Source: Tubiluchus corallicola
Lineage: Eukaryota; Animalia; Priapulida
DNA length: 64,000 bases
Assembly (NCBI GenBank): GCA_030141605.1
Contig: JAQGDQ010000243.1
Coordinates: 248,001 to 312,000 of the forward strand
Direction: 5' to 3'
In this document: one piece after another, positions 44,001 through 55,070 of the stretch
How the letters are laid out: each line of letters opens with the position of its first letter
Position numbering within the stretch: the stretch's first letter is position 1
Notes under the pieces: model-generated
What the model saw: only the letters and a program-made list of their open reading frames with translations
Database searches by the model: none
Told to the model about the DNA's origin: nothing
Position numbers and translations under genes: made by a program

Positions 44001-47000
44001 GTTTGTTCTTAACCTCTGTTTTCTGTTTGTGTGATATATATCTGTGAGTTAAATAACAATTCAAAGTAATGATAAATACTATATTATTGTAAACTTCCAC
44101 TCTATATATTTAAATGTGCGAGATTGCTGTAGAATTTTCTATTGTTTTGTGTTGTGAGCGCGCGCAGGAGAGTATATTTAAATGTGCAAGAATGCTGTAG
44201 AATTTTCTATTGTCCTGTGTTGTGAGCATGCGCAGGAGAGTATATTTCAATGTGCGAGATTGCTGTAGAATTTTCTATTGTTTTGTGTTGTGAGTGCGCG
44301 CAGGAGAGTATATTTAAATGTGCAAGAATGCTGTAGAATTTTCTATTGTCCTGTGTTGTGAGCATGCGCAGGAGAGTATATTTCAATGTGCGAGATTGCT
44401 GTAGAATTTTCTATTGTTTTGTGTTGTGAGTGCGCGCAGGAGAGTATATTTCAATGTGCGAGAATGCTGTAGAATTTTCTATTGTCCTGTGTTGTGAGCA
44501 TGCGCAGGAGAGTATATTTCAATGTGCGAGATTGCTGTAGAATTTTCTATTGTTTTGTGTTGTGAGCACGCGCAGGAGAGTATATTTAAATGTGCGAGTT
44601 TACTGTAGAATTTTCTATTGTCTTGTGTTGTGAGCATGCGCAGGAGAGTATATTTAAATGTGCGAGTTTACTGTAGAATTTTCTATTGTCCTGTGTTGTG
44701 AGCATGCGCAGGAGAGTATATTTAAATGCGCGAGTTTGCTGTAGAATTTTCTATTGTTTTGTGTTGTGAGCACGCGCAGGAGAGTATATTTAAATGTGCG
44801 AGATTGCTGTAGAATTTTCTATTGTTTTGTGTTGTGAGCACGCGCAGGAGAGCATATTTAAATGTGCGAGATTGCTGTAGAATTTTCTATTGTCTTGTGT
44901 TGTGAGCATGCGCAGGAGAGTATATTTAAACGTGCGAGATTGCTGTAGAATTTTCTATTGTCTTGTGTCGTGAGCATGCGCAGGTGAGTATATTTAAATG
45001 TGCGAGATTGCTGTAGAATTTTCTATTGTCTTGTGTTGTGAGCATGCGCAGGAGAGTATATTTAAATGTGCGAGATTGCTGTAGAATTTTCTATTGTCTT
45101 GTGTTGTGAGCATGCGCAGGAGAGTATATTTAAATGTGCGAGATTGCTGTAGAATTTTCTATTGTCTTGTGTTGTGAGCATGCGCAGGAGAGTATATTTA
45201 AATGTGCGAGATTGCTGTAGAATTTTCTATTGTCTTGTGTTGTGAGCATGCGCAGGAGAGTATATTTAAATGTGCGAGATTGCTGTAGAATTTTCTATTC
45301 TCTTGTGTTATGAGCATGCACAGGAGAGATTAAAATGGGCTCAGTTCAGTAAAAGCCGTGTTTTAATTTTTATCCATTCTCTTATCTGTTTATTGGGCGT
45401 TCAAACACATCTTCATTATTCACAATTTGCTTCGAGTTTTTCAGAGGCATGTATAATCTATCCAGTTTTTTGTTCACTACGACCAGTTTCTTTTTCCTAA
45501 TGTGACCCTTTTTTATAGACATATAACTTAAACTGTTAAAAATCGTTTTCTGTATAGTTGGTGTGCAGGAAGCTTAACATACTATGTTTGACAGTTACCT
45601 TGCAGTTATAGATATAACATAGTCGTCATGAAAAATATGTGTTTTTAAGCATTTCCAAGGTAATTTACTATCCATGGTAGAATTTGCAAAATAAATTGGG
45701 TTCAAACTAAATTGCTTTTCACATAAACAGTTTGATTTGTCTCAGTTTCACACTATCAAACTGTTCACACACAACGGTCAGTCAGTTTTACTCGACTCAT
45801 AACAGCAAAAGGAAGCAGCTAATAGACAACAAAACTGCTAATTATTTTTTACAGAGCTAAACTGCTGAATTTTTCTTTCTACAGATCAGCAAATTCCTGG
45901 CTTTGTGGTTGACTGAGAAGCAATCACTTGTACATCAGTCTGCTAAAGTCGAGTCTAAATCTCAGGTAATCACACGGAATCGTAGATCTGACCTTATTTG
46001 GTTTTGCAGTGCCACTTGTTGACAAGATGAGATTATCATACCTTCTTACTGTCTATTTTGCTAATTATGTAACATTATAGTTGTTGCTGATTAAAGGACA
46101 AGAAAAGGGGTACTTTCTGAAGTAGGTTTCAGAAAAATCGCCTTGAAAATTATATTACTTCATAGCAATTTTATGCGTATGTCTTATTCGCACTGAAAGG
46201 AATTTTAGTTTGTTTTCATTTTAAATCTCCCGCAGTACTGTTCCGAAGTCGCCATTACATGACGTCATGCATCAAACGTAAATCAAGGGAAGAAAAGGCA
46301 ATGTTAAATTATGTCTCAAAAGACTTTCTGTGCAAATCTATATTACTTTGATTTTCGCTTACCTGCTAGAAAGACTTATGTAACTAGAAAAGAAAATTAT
46401 TAATTATTTAAAATGTTTTCACCAATTGGTAAAATGTCGCTGACTCACCCTCCAGGGTGCACCACTCAGTAACCAAAAAATGTATTTTTAATCTTATTGA
46501 CAAGATACAGTAATTTTAAATTTTGTTTAGTTAGTGACTTGTGCTCTACGAATGCTCTGATTATTTTTTCAAACTTTACAAAATGATATCTAAACTTCTT
46601 TCAAATGACCTGTCGTGAAAATGGCTGCGTCTAACGGTCATCGCGGGAGTTTAAATTTACATGTTTTATACAGCGTGACTGCCGATTGAAGTCCTGTATG
46701 CAAAAAGGCAGTATGTAAGCGATATATAATTTCAAAATGAATTTTTCAAGCTTTATGTTTATGAAGGGTTTTCTTGTGCTTTAACAATGTTACTGTTGTT
46801 GTTATTATTATTATGTATAGTAACTAGTAACCTTATCGGTCAGATTCCCTCTGTCCAAAATATGTTCTAAAAATAATCATGTGAAATTTGCTACGATGTT
46901 TTCAAAATGACAGTCTTAAGCCTTTATCAAAATACAGTGTTCGTAATCAGTATATAAGAATTGTTGCATAATATAAAAAAGGAGAATCCATTGTATATCT

Positions 47001-49951
47001 ATAATGTACCATTGTGTAGAATCTTATGGCACCTAAGGACCCTTGTGCTTTTGTAAATGCATCCTCAAAACGACAACGTCTAGAATGAAACTATTAGCAT
47101 TTACAGGGATGAGAATTTTCCGCAGATACACGGAATTCCGAGTTTTTGGAAGACCAGTAGTGCCATTTTTGTAAATCGCGTAAGTTCGTTGAGGAAATTT
47201 TTACGGACCCAGTACATTATTTCACAAGCTGACTGCTAGTTGGCCGGCCGTCACTTTGTTTACGTCACGTACATCAGTGTAACCACGTGTGTATCTCTAT
47301 GTATAAAAAATATAGAATCAATTGTGCTGAGTTATCTGAGTCAATTGTAGACAGTTTTTATATACTTTTGCATAGGAGCACCCAGTACTTAGGCGTTTTT
47401 GAGACAACTAGGTATCATGTATCCTTGATAGTTGGGTATTTTAAATTATGCATGAAACAAGGTAATTGATATTTTAAGTCCACTTAGAGGCTCTCTATGG
47501 TCACAAAATTGCAATTTGTTGCTGGCTCCCCTTGAACTCCATTGGGGGCCTAGGTGGCCCCAAAACCCCCAGCCTGTTTCACAGTTTTTTACAATTTGTC
47601 ATTCTCATCCCTGCATTTAGTGGCCTCATTATCGCCCCATTAAAACAGCTTGAAAATGTTTTAGGTTGGTCAAGACTGCATGATAGGGGATGGCACTGCT
47701 ATACAAGAGAAAGCATCTGTGAAAAGATCTGTAATAGGGAAGCACTGCAGCATCGGAGAGAAAGTGAAAATTGCCAATTCTGTTATTATGGATCATGTCA
47801 TCATTAAGGAAGGGTAAATTCTGTTCATATTTATGTTTGCTTACTCATATTTACTTATGTTGTCTTCAGGGATCATTGTTCGCATCAAAGCAGAAAACCC
47901 CGATGGCAACAAGTACTCCGATTCCCAGGGAAGACAAAAGCAGTACTATTGCAGCAGACTCCTGTCTTTAAAAAAGCATTTAAGATTTGCATTTTTAAGA
48001 TGGTGGCGACTGTCTGTTTTGGTAACAATTTTATCGTTTTCACGCTTTTTTTGTCTAGGCTTATATTTATGCCATTCGTATGCTTGAAGCAAAAAAGCAA
48101 AGATAATAGATGATTTTGTACTATTCAAACAATGCTACAACTTTCACGTTACAATTCTGGAAAGTTGTTTTTCTTAATGACACGTAATTTTGCCCAAGGC
48201 CATGTGTTCACCAAAAGTGGATAAATCCTGATTCATCCGGACTTTTACAGATGTATTTTTCCTACAGAAAATTATGTCCACTGACTTCATTGATAATTAA
48301 AACAAAAATTGCTATAGATAATCCTGGAAAGCTATCTACTGCCCATTTGTATTTTCTTTTTTAAAATTTTTTGGAAATTTCTTAAAATGCCGAAAACTCG
48401 TGAAATAGAAAAAATGGTTGTTGTACTTTAATTAAGTGTAACTGAATTCCAGGTTTCTTATTCTAAATTGTCAATACCTTCAACTGTATGTTCTATGCTT
48501 GCTTCAGTCCAAGTTGATCATACGAAGTCTATTTCAGTATTTTGGGTAACTTTTATTGTAAAGTGGCCTTACATTTGCTCATAAATTCTTATGGCCTCGT
48601 CTGAACACTAGAGTCAGCGACAAAAAATGAGATATGTGGGGTGTTTTGTCCGCAATGTTCATAAAAATTCCGCCACAGTAGAAAATCTATTTTTGTGAAT
48701 GTATGCAGACAAAAACGTATTAGTTCGTGTGAAAGCAGTGCACACAAAAAATGCAAAGTTATTGATTTCGATGCCTTATGTTTAGAATGGAAACTTTCCG
48801 TCTAAAAACCGGCTTGTTTTTACGGATCGCTCTGGATTTAGTGGACACGCATCCTAAGAGGAAGCTCGTTATAAAGGCATAAGTGTAACTTAAATTGTTT
48901 TGATGTGTAAAATTTAGAAAACCATAGAACATTTGTCTAAGAAATTTTTGTTTTTTTATAGAAGCAGTTTACAAAACTGCATAATTGGTCACAATGTGCA
49001 TATAGATGAAAAAGCTGAATTAAAAGACTGTCTAGTTAGTGCAAAACAGCAAGTGAATGCAATGGGTAAGTACTGATTTTCTTATTTGCTCACTTATTTT
49101 TGATCTTTCTATTGGTGCAGATAGCCGGACAGACAATTTCAGCTAACCACAAGTATGTACGCTTGAGTTTTATTTTTGTAGTTATTTTAAAAATTTACTG
49201 AATTCATGACTTGTAGTTTAAACTGACTTGTGGTACATTGGAAAAACCAATAAAAAACTCACAGTAGAGAAATTGAACTCAACAGCTGTAAAAAAGTACT
49301 TCTGATCCATAACTGGTTTTCCTGCTGTCGTGTTGTTAATGATATTTTGCGCTTATTGTTTTGCACTGTATATTCTACGCGTTTGTTTATTTGAAGTAGT
49401 CTTCTGATTTCCACCCAGTTTTTTATGCTCCCATCGCGTTGTTGTGCTGTCACCTGCTGAACATTCTACTTTACATCTTCTTTACAGTATATCTGTTAAA
49501 GAATCTCATTTATGGCAGTGCATTCATATTGAACAGGAATTTATGCGAAATCACGAAACCGCAAAATAGTGTAAACAGTTCAACACTTTGACACTTTGCA
49601 AGCCGGAATTCATGGCATACTGTTCTTGATGTACGTGGTTGTGCCTAGACTGCATCTTCACTCATCACTCATCAAAAATGAGATTCTAAGATAAAACATT
49701 AGACTTGTATTACCCACTTCTAGATGTACAAGCCTTCACTAATTAGTTATTTCCTTCACTCATACCTTGTATGATAAAAAGTGTAATATTCAGTACCTAC
49801 TTGTAATTCATTGCAGAATTCAGTTTACTATGTTTTCTATAACAGTTCATTAAAAACTAACAGTGAGGTCTTATTTTTGTACTTTACAGCAAAACTTTCC
49901 CATGAAGCTGTGGTGGACATAGACAGACTGATGGAATTCGATCTCACATGA
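38091..49951 (+). CDS. EIF2B3: Translation initiation factor eIF2B subunit gamma
   Basis: Eleven in-phase exons: 38091-38238, 38771-38925, 39988-40156, 40618-40726, 42680-42769, 43304-43422, 43818-43996, 45885-45965, 47665-47813, 48962-49065, 49890-49951. Motifs: [40 protein letters not shown] and C-terminal hexapeptide repeats. Confidence 0.96.
40810..41178 (+). mobile_element. Solo LTR, second full-length copy
   Basis: TGTTGTG...CACAACA with TSD actac (40805-40809 and 41179-41183). Confidence 0.85.
41695..42366. mobile_element. CAGGG-TIR MITE, copy 2, with a replaced internal segment
   Basis: TSD atcaaa; ends match copies 1 and 3 but ~41795-42150 is unrelated sequence. Confidence 0.82.
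42875..43081 (+). repeat. Interstitial telomere-like repeat (TTAGGG/TTGGG)n in EIF2B3 intron 5
   Basis: About 205 bp of ttaggg mixed with ttggg and ttagg variants. Confidence 0.95.
44105..45328. repeat. 68-bp minisatellite x18 in EIF2B3 intron 7
   Basis: Unit tatatttaaatgtgcgagattgctgtagaattttctattgtcttgtgttgtgagcatgcgcaggagag; unit starts at 44105, 44921, 44989 and 45261 fit an exact 68-bp period. Confidence 0.95.
46095..46780. mobile_element. Kolobok-like MITE, TTAA TSD, copy 2
   Basis: TTAA|aggacaagaaaa...ttttcttgtgct|TTAA. Confidence 0.85.
47104..47613. mobile_element. CAGGG-TIR MITE, copy 3
   Basis: TSD cattta; the empty site is visible in the paralogous segment at ~52830. Confidence 0.9.
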
Positions 49952-49990
49952 ATAGCGAATTTTCCAATATTTATCTGCAAAAATTATTCT

Positions 49991-50391
49991 TGTAATAAAA
50001 TTGTCAATTGCCATTGAAATAATACTGTCATTGACTTCAGTGCTAACTGTAATAAAATTGTCAATTACCATTGAAATAATACTGTCATTGACTTCAGTGC
50101 TAACTGTAATAAAATTGTCAATTGCCATTGAAATAATACTGTCATTGACTTCAGTGCTAACTGTAATAAAATTGTCAATTGCCATTGAAATAATACTGTC
50201 ATTGACTTCAGTGCTAACTGTAATAAAATTGTCAATTGCCATTGAAATAATACTGTCATTGACTTCAGTGCTAACTGTAATAAAATTGTCAATTGCCATT
50301 GAAATAATACTGTCATTGACTTCAGTGCTAACTGTAATAAAATTGTCAATTGCCATTGAAATAATACTGTCAGTGATTTCAGTGCTAACTG
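49991..50391. repeat. 57-bp tandem repeat x7 just after the EIF2B3 stop
   Basis: Unit tgtaataaaattgtcaattgccattgaaataatactgtcattgacttcagtgctaac; copies near-perfect. Confidence 0.95.
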
Positions 50392-50612
50392 CCTTCTACC
50401 TGCTTTTTAGTCACTAAGTAATTCAGAAACACAATTCAAACATAGCTCACCTTGCTAGACGTAAGCTAGACGACCAGGTGCATGGGTAAAATCCTTGTCA
50501 TGTTTATTACGATCATCACTTTTCTAATGGGTGATCTTACTTGAGTGATCGTTGGCCATGTGTGGGGCAATTTGTAAAAAATATTGTGCATTTCCTACTA
50601 TGACAATGCAAT

Positions 50613-51108
50613 TGGTTGGCATCCTTCTGTCTCGGAAGACAATGGAGTGTGCGCCAAAAGAGTCAGTTATTGATCACATTGATGGAGCTGCAGCGTCCAC
50701 TGTGGCTGAGCAGTGCGATCCTTGAATGTCTTCAGGGCGCATGCCTGGACAAGGTGTATGGAGATCCTGAGTTGCCCAGACAATAGGAACCCCCTCTCTT
50801 CCTCCCTGGTGTAGTCCAAAGGAAAGCGGAGCGATGCGTTTGGCACCAGGTTGGCTGCCGGAGTCAGTGAGCATGCTGGACTGGTCCGCCTTCGGAGCTC
50901 CACTCCTGACTTGGAAGGTTTACTTCTCTACACGTGGCCATTGGGTCACATGACCTCCTCCGCCCTCTAGCCGTTGGCTGCTTGTGCAGCTCCTCCGCCT
51001 AGTGTCGAGATACAGTGTGGGCATCCCGCAAGTACTAACCAGGCTCTATGTTGCTTAACTTCGGTGATCAGACGAGAACCGGTGTTTTAACGTGATTTGG
51101 CCATAGTC
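50613..51108 (-). mobile_element. 5S rRNA-derived SINE, copy 2 (3' part of the 5S head deleted)
   Basis: The reverse complement aligns to 3158-3679; TSD caatgcaat at 50604-50612 and 51108-51116 (its first base overlaps the element's 5' G). Confidence 0.85.
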
Positions 51109-51589
51109 AATGCAATATGCAATAGCTATTAGCAGTGTGGGTCTGTCAAATCAAGTTAGCAAAAACAATGTTTTTAATGTGGTATTAGTCTAAGTGAATG
51201 AAACATGTGGTGCAATACATGTGCATTCTTCAGCCAAATTACTTCGTAAACTAATGTAGGTGAAAAGGAACTCATCATTGGCAATCTTATCGACGCCAAT
51301 CTTGCCATTATACTGACAATGATGATTGTGGTGATGATGACGACGACGAATAATACTGAGCTACATTTCAAGAAATAGAAAACCGTAACCGTGTCCTACT
51401 GTTGCATATATTACACGGCTCTAATGTGGCTTTGTATTATAAAATGGATAGATGGTACCTTTATGCTTGTAAAATCCGAACAGTGAATTAACTTAATTTT
51501 TACTAGGCTTTTTAATACATGTACATACCTCAATTTCAGCAAACTAGCCAGGATCAATAGAATTGTTTTTTTATTATTTCTATTAATAC

Positions 51590-51652
51590 CATTGTTATTG
51601 TTGTTGTTTTTGTTGGTGTTGTTGTTGTTGTTATTGGTGGTGGTGGTGTTGC

Positions 51653-51689
<37 letters not shown>

Positions 51690-51731
51690 TATTATAATAT
51701 TATGATAATATATAATAATAATAATAATAAT
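51590..51731. repeat. Compound (GTT/GGT/ATT/AAT)n microsatellite
   Basis: Read directly from the sequence. Confidence 0.8.
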
Positions 51732-52324
51732 CTTTTATTTATCTTGCAACACACGCACAGATACAATACAATTAATTTGGAAACAAAAATGTGAAGAAAG
51801 GGCAGCGAAAGACCAATTGGTCATCTAGTCAGCTGCCCTTTGGTTAGTGATGAACATTTTTATAAGCGCTATGCTACAGTGTATTAGTGTTAGTACTGCT
51901 TATAATAAAAATTTAATTGTTACGAATGACATTAAATTGATATGCTTATAACGTGTTAATACAATTCATACATTTATTATTATATTATATTATATTATAA
52001 GGACATATCTAAAATACGTAACAGTATAAAACAAAACACATTGCTAAAACTACACCGTGTTTGTTTGCATAAACAAAAAAACATCTTCCAGAAGTCAGTT
52101 AAAGTGTTTTGCCATAACTCAAAAGTTCGATCTAAAAAATTTCGCTCAAAAAAGTTTCCTTTTGCATAGCTTTTCTCTTGGCATATTAAAGGGTTGGTGT
52201 ATTAATAAGGACGTCGACTGACGTTGCAGCGAGTAAGAATATTGAAGCTCTCAGTCATATTATTACTAGTCTCTCGTACTCTAAGTCACTGGAGTCGCAA
52301 ATCCTAGCAGGGTAGACAAATCAG

Positions 52325-52449
52325 TGACTCACGTTCCGCACGTGTGATGACTCATAATACTCTACTGGGCTTCCCTAAGTTCACACGGCATTCCCTGGAA
52401 GCATGCCAGCAATGAAAGTTAACTTCACTTGCCTGGACGTCGTGACTCA
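52325..52449. promoter_or_regulatory. AP-1 site cluster, candidate jun upstream enhancer
   Basis: TGACTCA at 52325, 52348 and 52443; TTCCCTGGAA at 52391. Confidence 0.5.
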
Positions 52450-52586
52450 GCGGCAGGCTAACCGGCGCTGTGTGTGATAAACGCTAGGCGGGAGAGATCC
52501 CAGGGCAGGTGTTTGCAGTTTAACTGATTATAGTCAGTAGTTTGTTCAGAATCTTTGGCAATGTGGCGCTTAGTTTTTATTAGGAA

Positions 52587-52916
52587 ATTCCCTCTGTCCA
52601 AAATATGTTCTAAAAATAATCATGTGAAATTTGCTGCGATGTTTTCAAAATGACAGTCTTAAGCCTTTATTGAAATACGGTGTTCGTAATCAGTATATAA
52701 GAGTTGTTTCATAATATAAAAAAGGAGAATAGGTTGTAATATCATGTAAAATTTTATTATAGCACCTAAGGAGCCTTGTGCTTTTTAAATGCATCCTCAA
52801 AACGACAACGTCTAGAATGAAACTATTAGTATTTAGTGGCTTCATTACCGCCCCCTTAAAACAGCTTGAAAATTTTTTAAATTGGTCAAGACTGCATGAT
52901 AGCCGATGATAGGGGA
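52587..52916 (+). repeat. Local duplicate of the EIF2B3 intron 8 end plus exon 9 start
   Basis: Matches ~46844-47103 + 47614-47690 without the MITE; the acceptor AG|G reads AA|A here. Confidence 0.8.
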
Positions 52917-53837
52917 AATTTACATTTATCCTGAAAATATTGATTTGTTGACAGATTTCGTCTTTGTTCTAATGGCTGAGGTACATGAATTATTTTGCTT
53001 AATCTTGTTATGGAAATAAATAAAGCATTTGCACTATGACAGGGAGCATATTACAAGTCCGTACACAAGCTGTAACGATCTATGATCTACGGTATGTGAT
53101 AAGTTACGTACATGAGCTTACTAATAATTCATCTATTTGAAAATAGTACGAGCATTTGCTATTATATATATAAATATAACAGCAAATGCTCATGCTATTT
53201 TCAAATAGCTCATAATAATAATTCATTTTTAAGGGCACTAAATGCTTTTTTCATTTTGAGACATTTCCATTAAAAATTCGCCTAATTAAAACATGATTGT
53301 AATGCTTTGTCCAATTCAAGCTAACACATACATTATTATTGTATTCACGTGGATTATAAATTTAAAAAATTGCAGCCTTGTGGCGCTTTCAAATCTATCG
53401 TTTGTAATAGATTTTTTACATATTTGAAAATTTTTTACATAATGTAATAGATGTATTTTAATAGCGACAATCTTATGACATTATAAATGTTAATTATAGG
53501 GAACACAACTTAAAAATCATAAAAATATAAATTTTCATTGAACTATTTTTACTTATCACGACAAAATCATCATAAATTAACCGCTTTTCCCAAATTTATG
53601 CTTTTGGTATTTTTCATTTGTTTACTTAACTTCCTAGGTGCATTAGAGTACTTTCTAACATGACTACATGTACTATAATTATACCCGAGCTTACGTTTTT
53701 ACCGAATTGAGATTTCAATTTTCTTGTAATGTCATTCTGTTTTTTAAACGTTCTTGCGACAATAAATTAGCTAAAACCTGTTACCGTCGCGACGGTTTAC
53801 GGGGCAGTATAAACTAATGTAAACATTGCACAGCATA

Positions 53838-54065
53838 TTACTCATACTCACTTCCTTATTTGGCACAAAAATCCACTACGTAACATCGTGCGTAATGACG
53901 TAGCAAACGGAACTGCTGTGTTGTGATCACGTGGCGAGGAAGTCGACCTCTATTTTTAGCACGGCCGTCATTATGTCGCGCCCTGATTGGATGGCGTGTC
54001 TGGCAGGTTATTTCTGGCTAGGTTAGTCAGATTATAAAAGCAATGTGTCGGCCATTGCTGACTCA
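53838..54065 (+). promoter_or_regulatory. jun proximal promoter
   Basis: CArG CCTTATTTGG 53854, CRE-like TGACGTA 53896, E-box 53928, Ets GGAAGT 53938, MEF2 CTATTTTTAG 53950, ATTGG 53986, TATAAAA 54033, AP-1 TGACTCA 54059. Confidence 0.7.
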
Positions 54066-54165
54066 TAACTTGCATGAGCAGCGCAACGAAATTGTTAATA
54101 TTGTTTTGACGTCTCAAGCGAAATTGTGTTAGCAGTAGCTAAGTGAACCTACACGTTTCATCCTG

Positions 54166-55014
54166 ATGCTTGCAATGGAAACAACGTTTTATGAGGACGA
54201 ACGACGATACGATATGGGCAAGCATAAGTTAGAGAATTCGTTGAGCAGAAATGGAGACATTTCCGATTTAAAGCGTAAAATGACACTAGATTTTAACGCA
54301 GCCGCCAGCAAGAAGCAGAAAATCTCGAATCTTCTGACGTCACCGGATTTGAATATGTTGAAATTAGCATCGCCTGAACTGGAGAGGATGATCATTTCAC
54401 AGCATGGTCTGATTACAACAACCACGCCAACGCCGACGCAATTCATCTTTCCAAAGAATGTGACAGAAGAACAAGAACAGTATGCTAAGGGTTTCGTCGA
54501 GGCGCTGGAACAGCTGAAGTCTAGTTACCCTTCGGCTAATATTGTTACAAGTACAGGTAATGCATGTGATTACATAGAACTATCGCAAATTCCATCTGCC
54601 CTCAGTGCATCACCTTCTAGTAATGACTCTCTTGCTACAACTGTTGCCATGCCTGTCAGTCAAACGGTTACAGTGCCATTCAGTCGTGTCCAGCAGATCA
54701 AGGATGAACCCCAGATTGTGCCGTGTCTGGGTGGCACCCCTCCGGTATCACCAGTCAACATGATTGACCAGGAAAGGATCAAGTTGGAAAGAAAGAGGGA
54801 GAGAAACCGCTTAGCAGCAACGAAATGTCGCCAGAGAAAATTAGAACGAATTTCTGAACTGGAAAAGAAGGTGGCCGAACTCAAGGGACAAAATTCAACT
54901 CTTTCAACAACAGCATCTAAGCTCAAGGAGCAAGTGTGTGATCTTAAGAAAACCCTGTTGGAGCACATGAATCATGGGTGCAAGATTGTGTTACCTGCAG
55001 ACTTGTCCGTGTAA
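54166..55014 (+). CDS. JUN: AP-1 transcription factor c-Jun, intronless
   Basis: METTFYED, delta domain [11 protein letters not shown] sites LTSPD/LASPE, TTPTP, GTPPVSP degron, and b[28 protein letters not shown]...H..HGC. The start could be 54166 or 54175. Confidence 0.98.
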   Translation: MLAMETTFYEDERRYDMGKHKLENSLSRNGDISDLKRKMTLDFNAAASKKQKISNLLTSPDLNMLKLASPELERMIISQHGLITTTTPTPTQFIFPKNVTEEQEQYAKGFVEALEQLKSSYPSANIVTSTGNACDYIELSQIPSALSASPSSNDSLATTVAMPVSQTVTVPFSRVQQIKDEPQIVPCLGGTPPVSPVNMIDQERIKLERKRERNRLAATKCRQRKLERISELEKKVAELKGQNSTLSTTASKLKEQVCDLKKTLLEHMNHGCKIVLPADLSV

Positions 55015-55070
55015 CAACATGAATCATGGGTGCAAGATTGTGTTACCTGCAGACTTGTCCGTGTAACAAC
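54965..55070. repeat. Perfect 52-bp tandem duplication spanning the jun stop codon
   Basis: acatgaatcatgggtgcaagattgtgttacctgcagacttgtccgtgtaaca at 54965 and 55017. Confidence 0.92.

Noticed and set aside
44105-45328. CRISPR array
   Set aside because: Head-to-tail repeats without unique spacers, in a eukaryotic intron with no cas genes
49871-50417. 19-aa repeat proteins in the ORF track
   Set aside because: The 57-bp unit is divisible by 3 and is open in several frames; it lies in the EIF2B3 3'UTR
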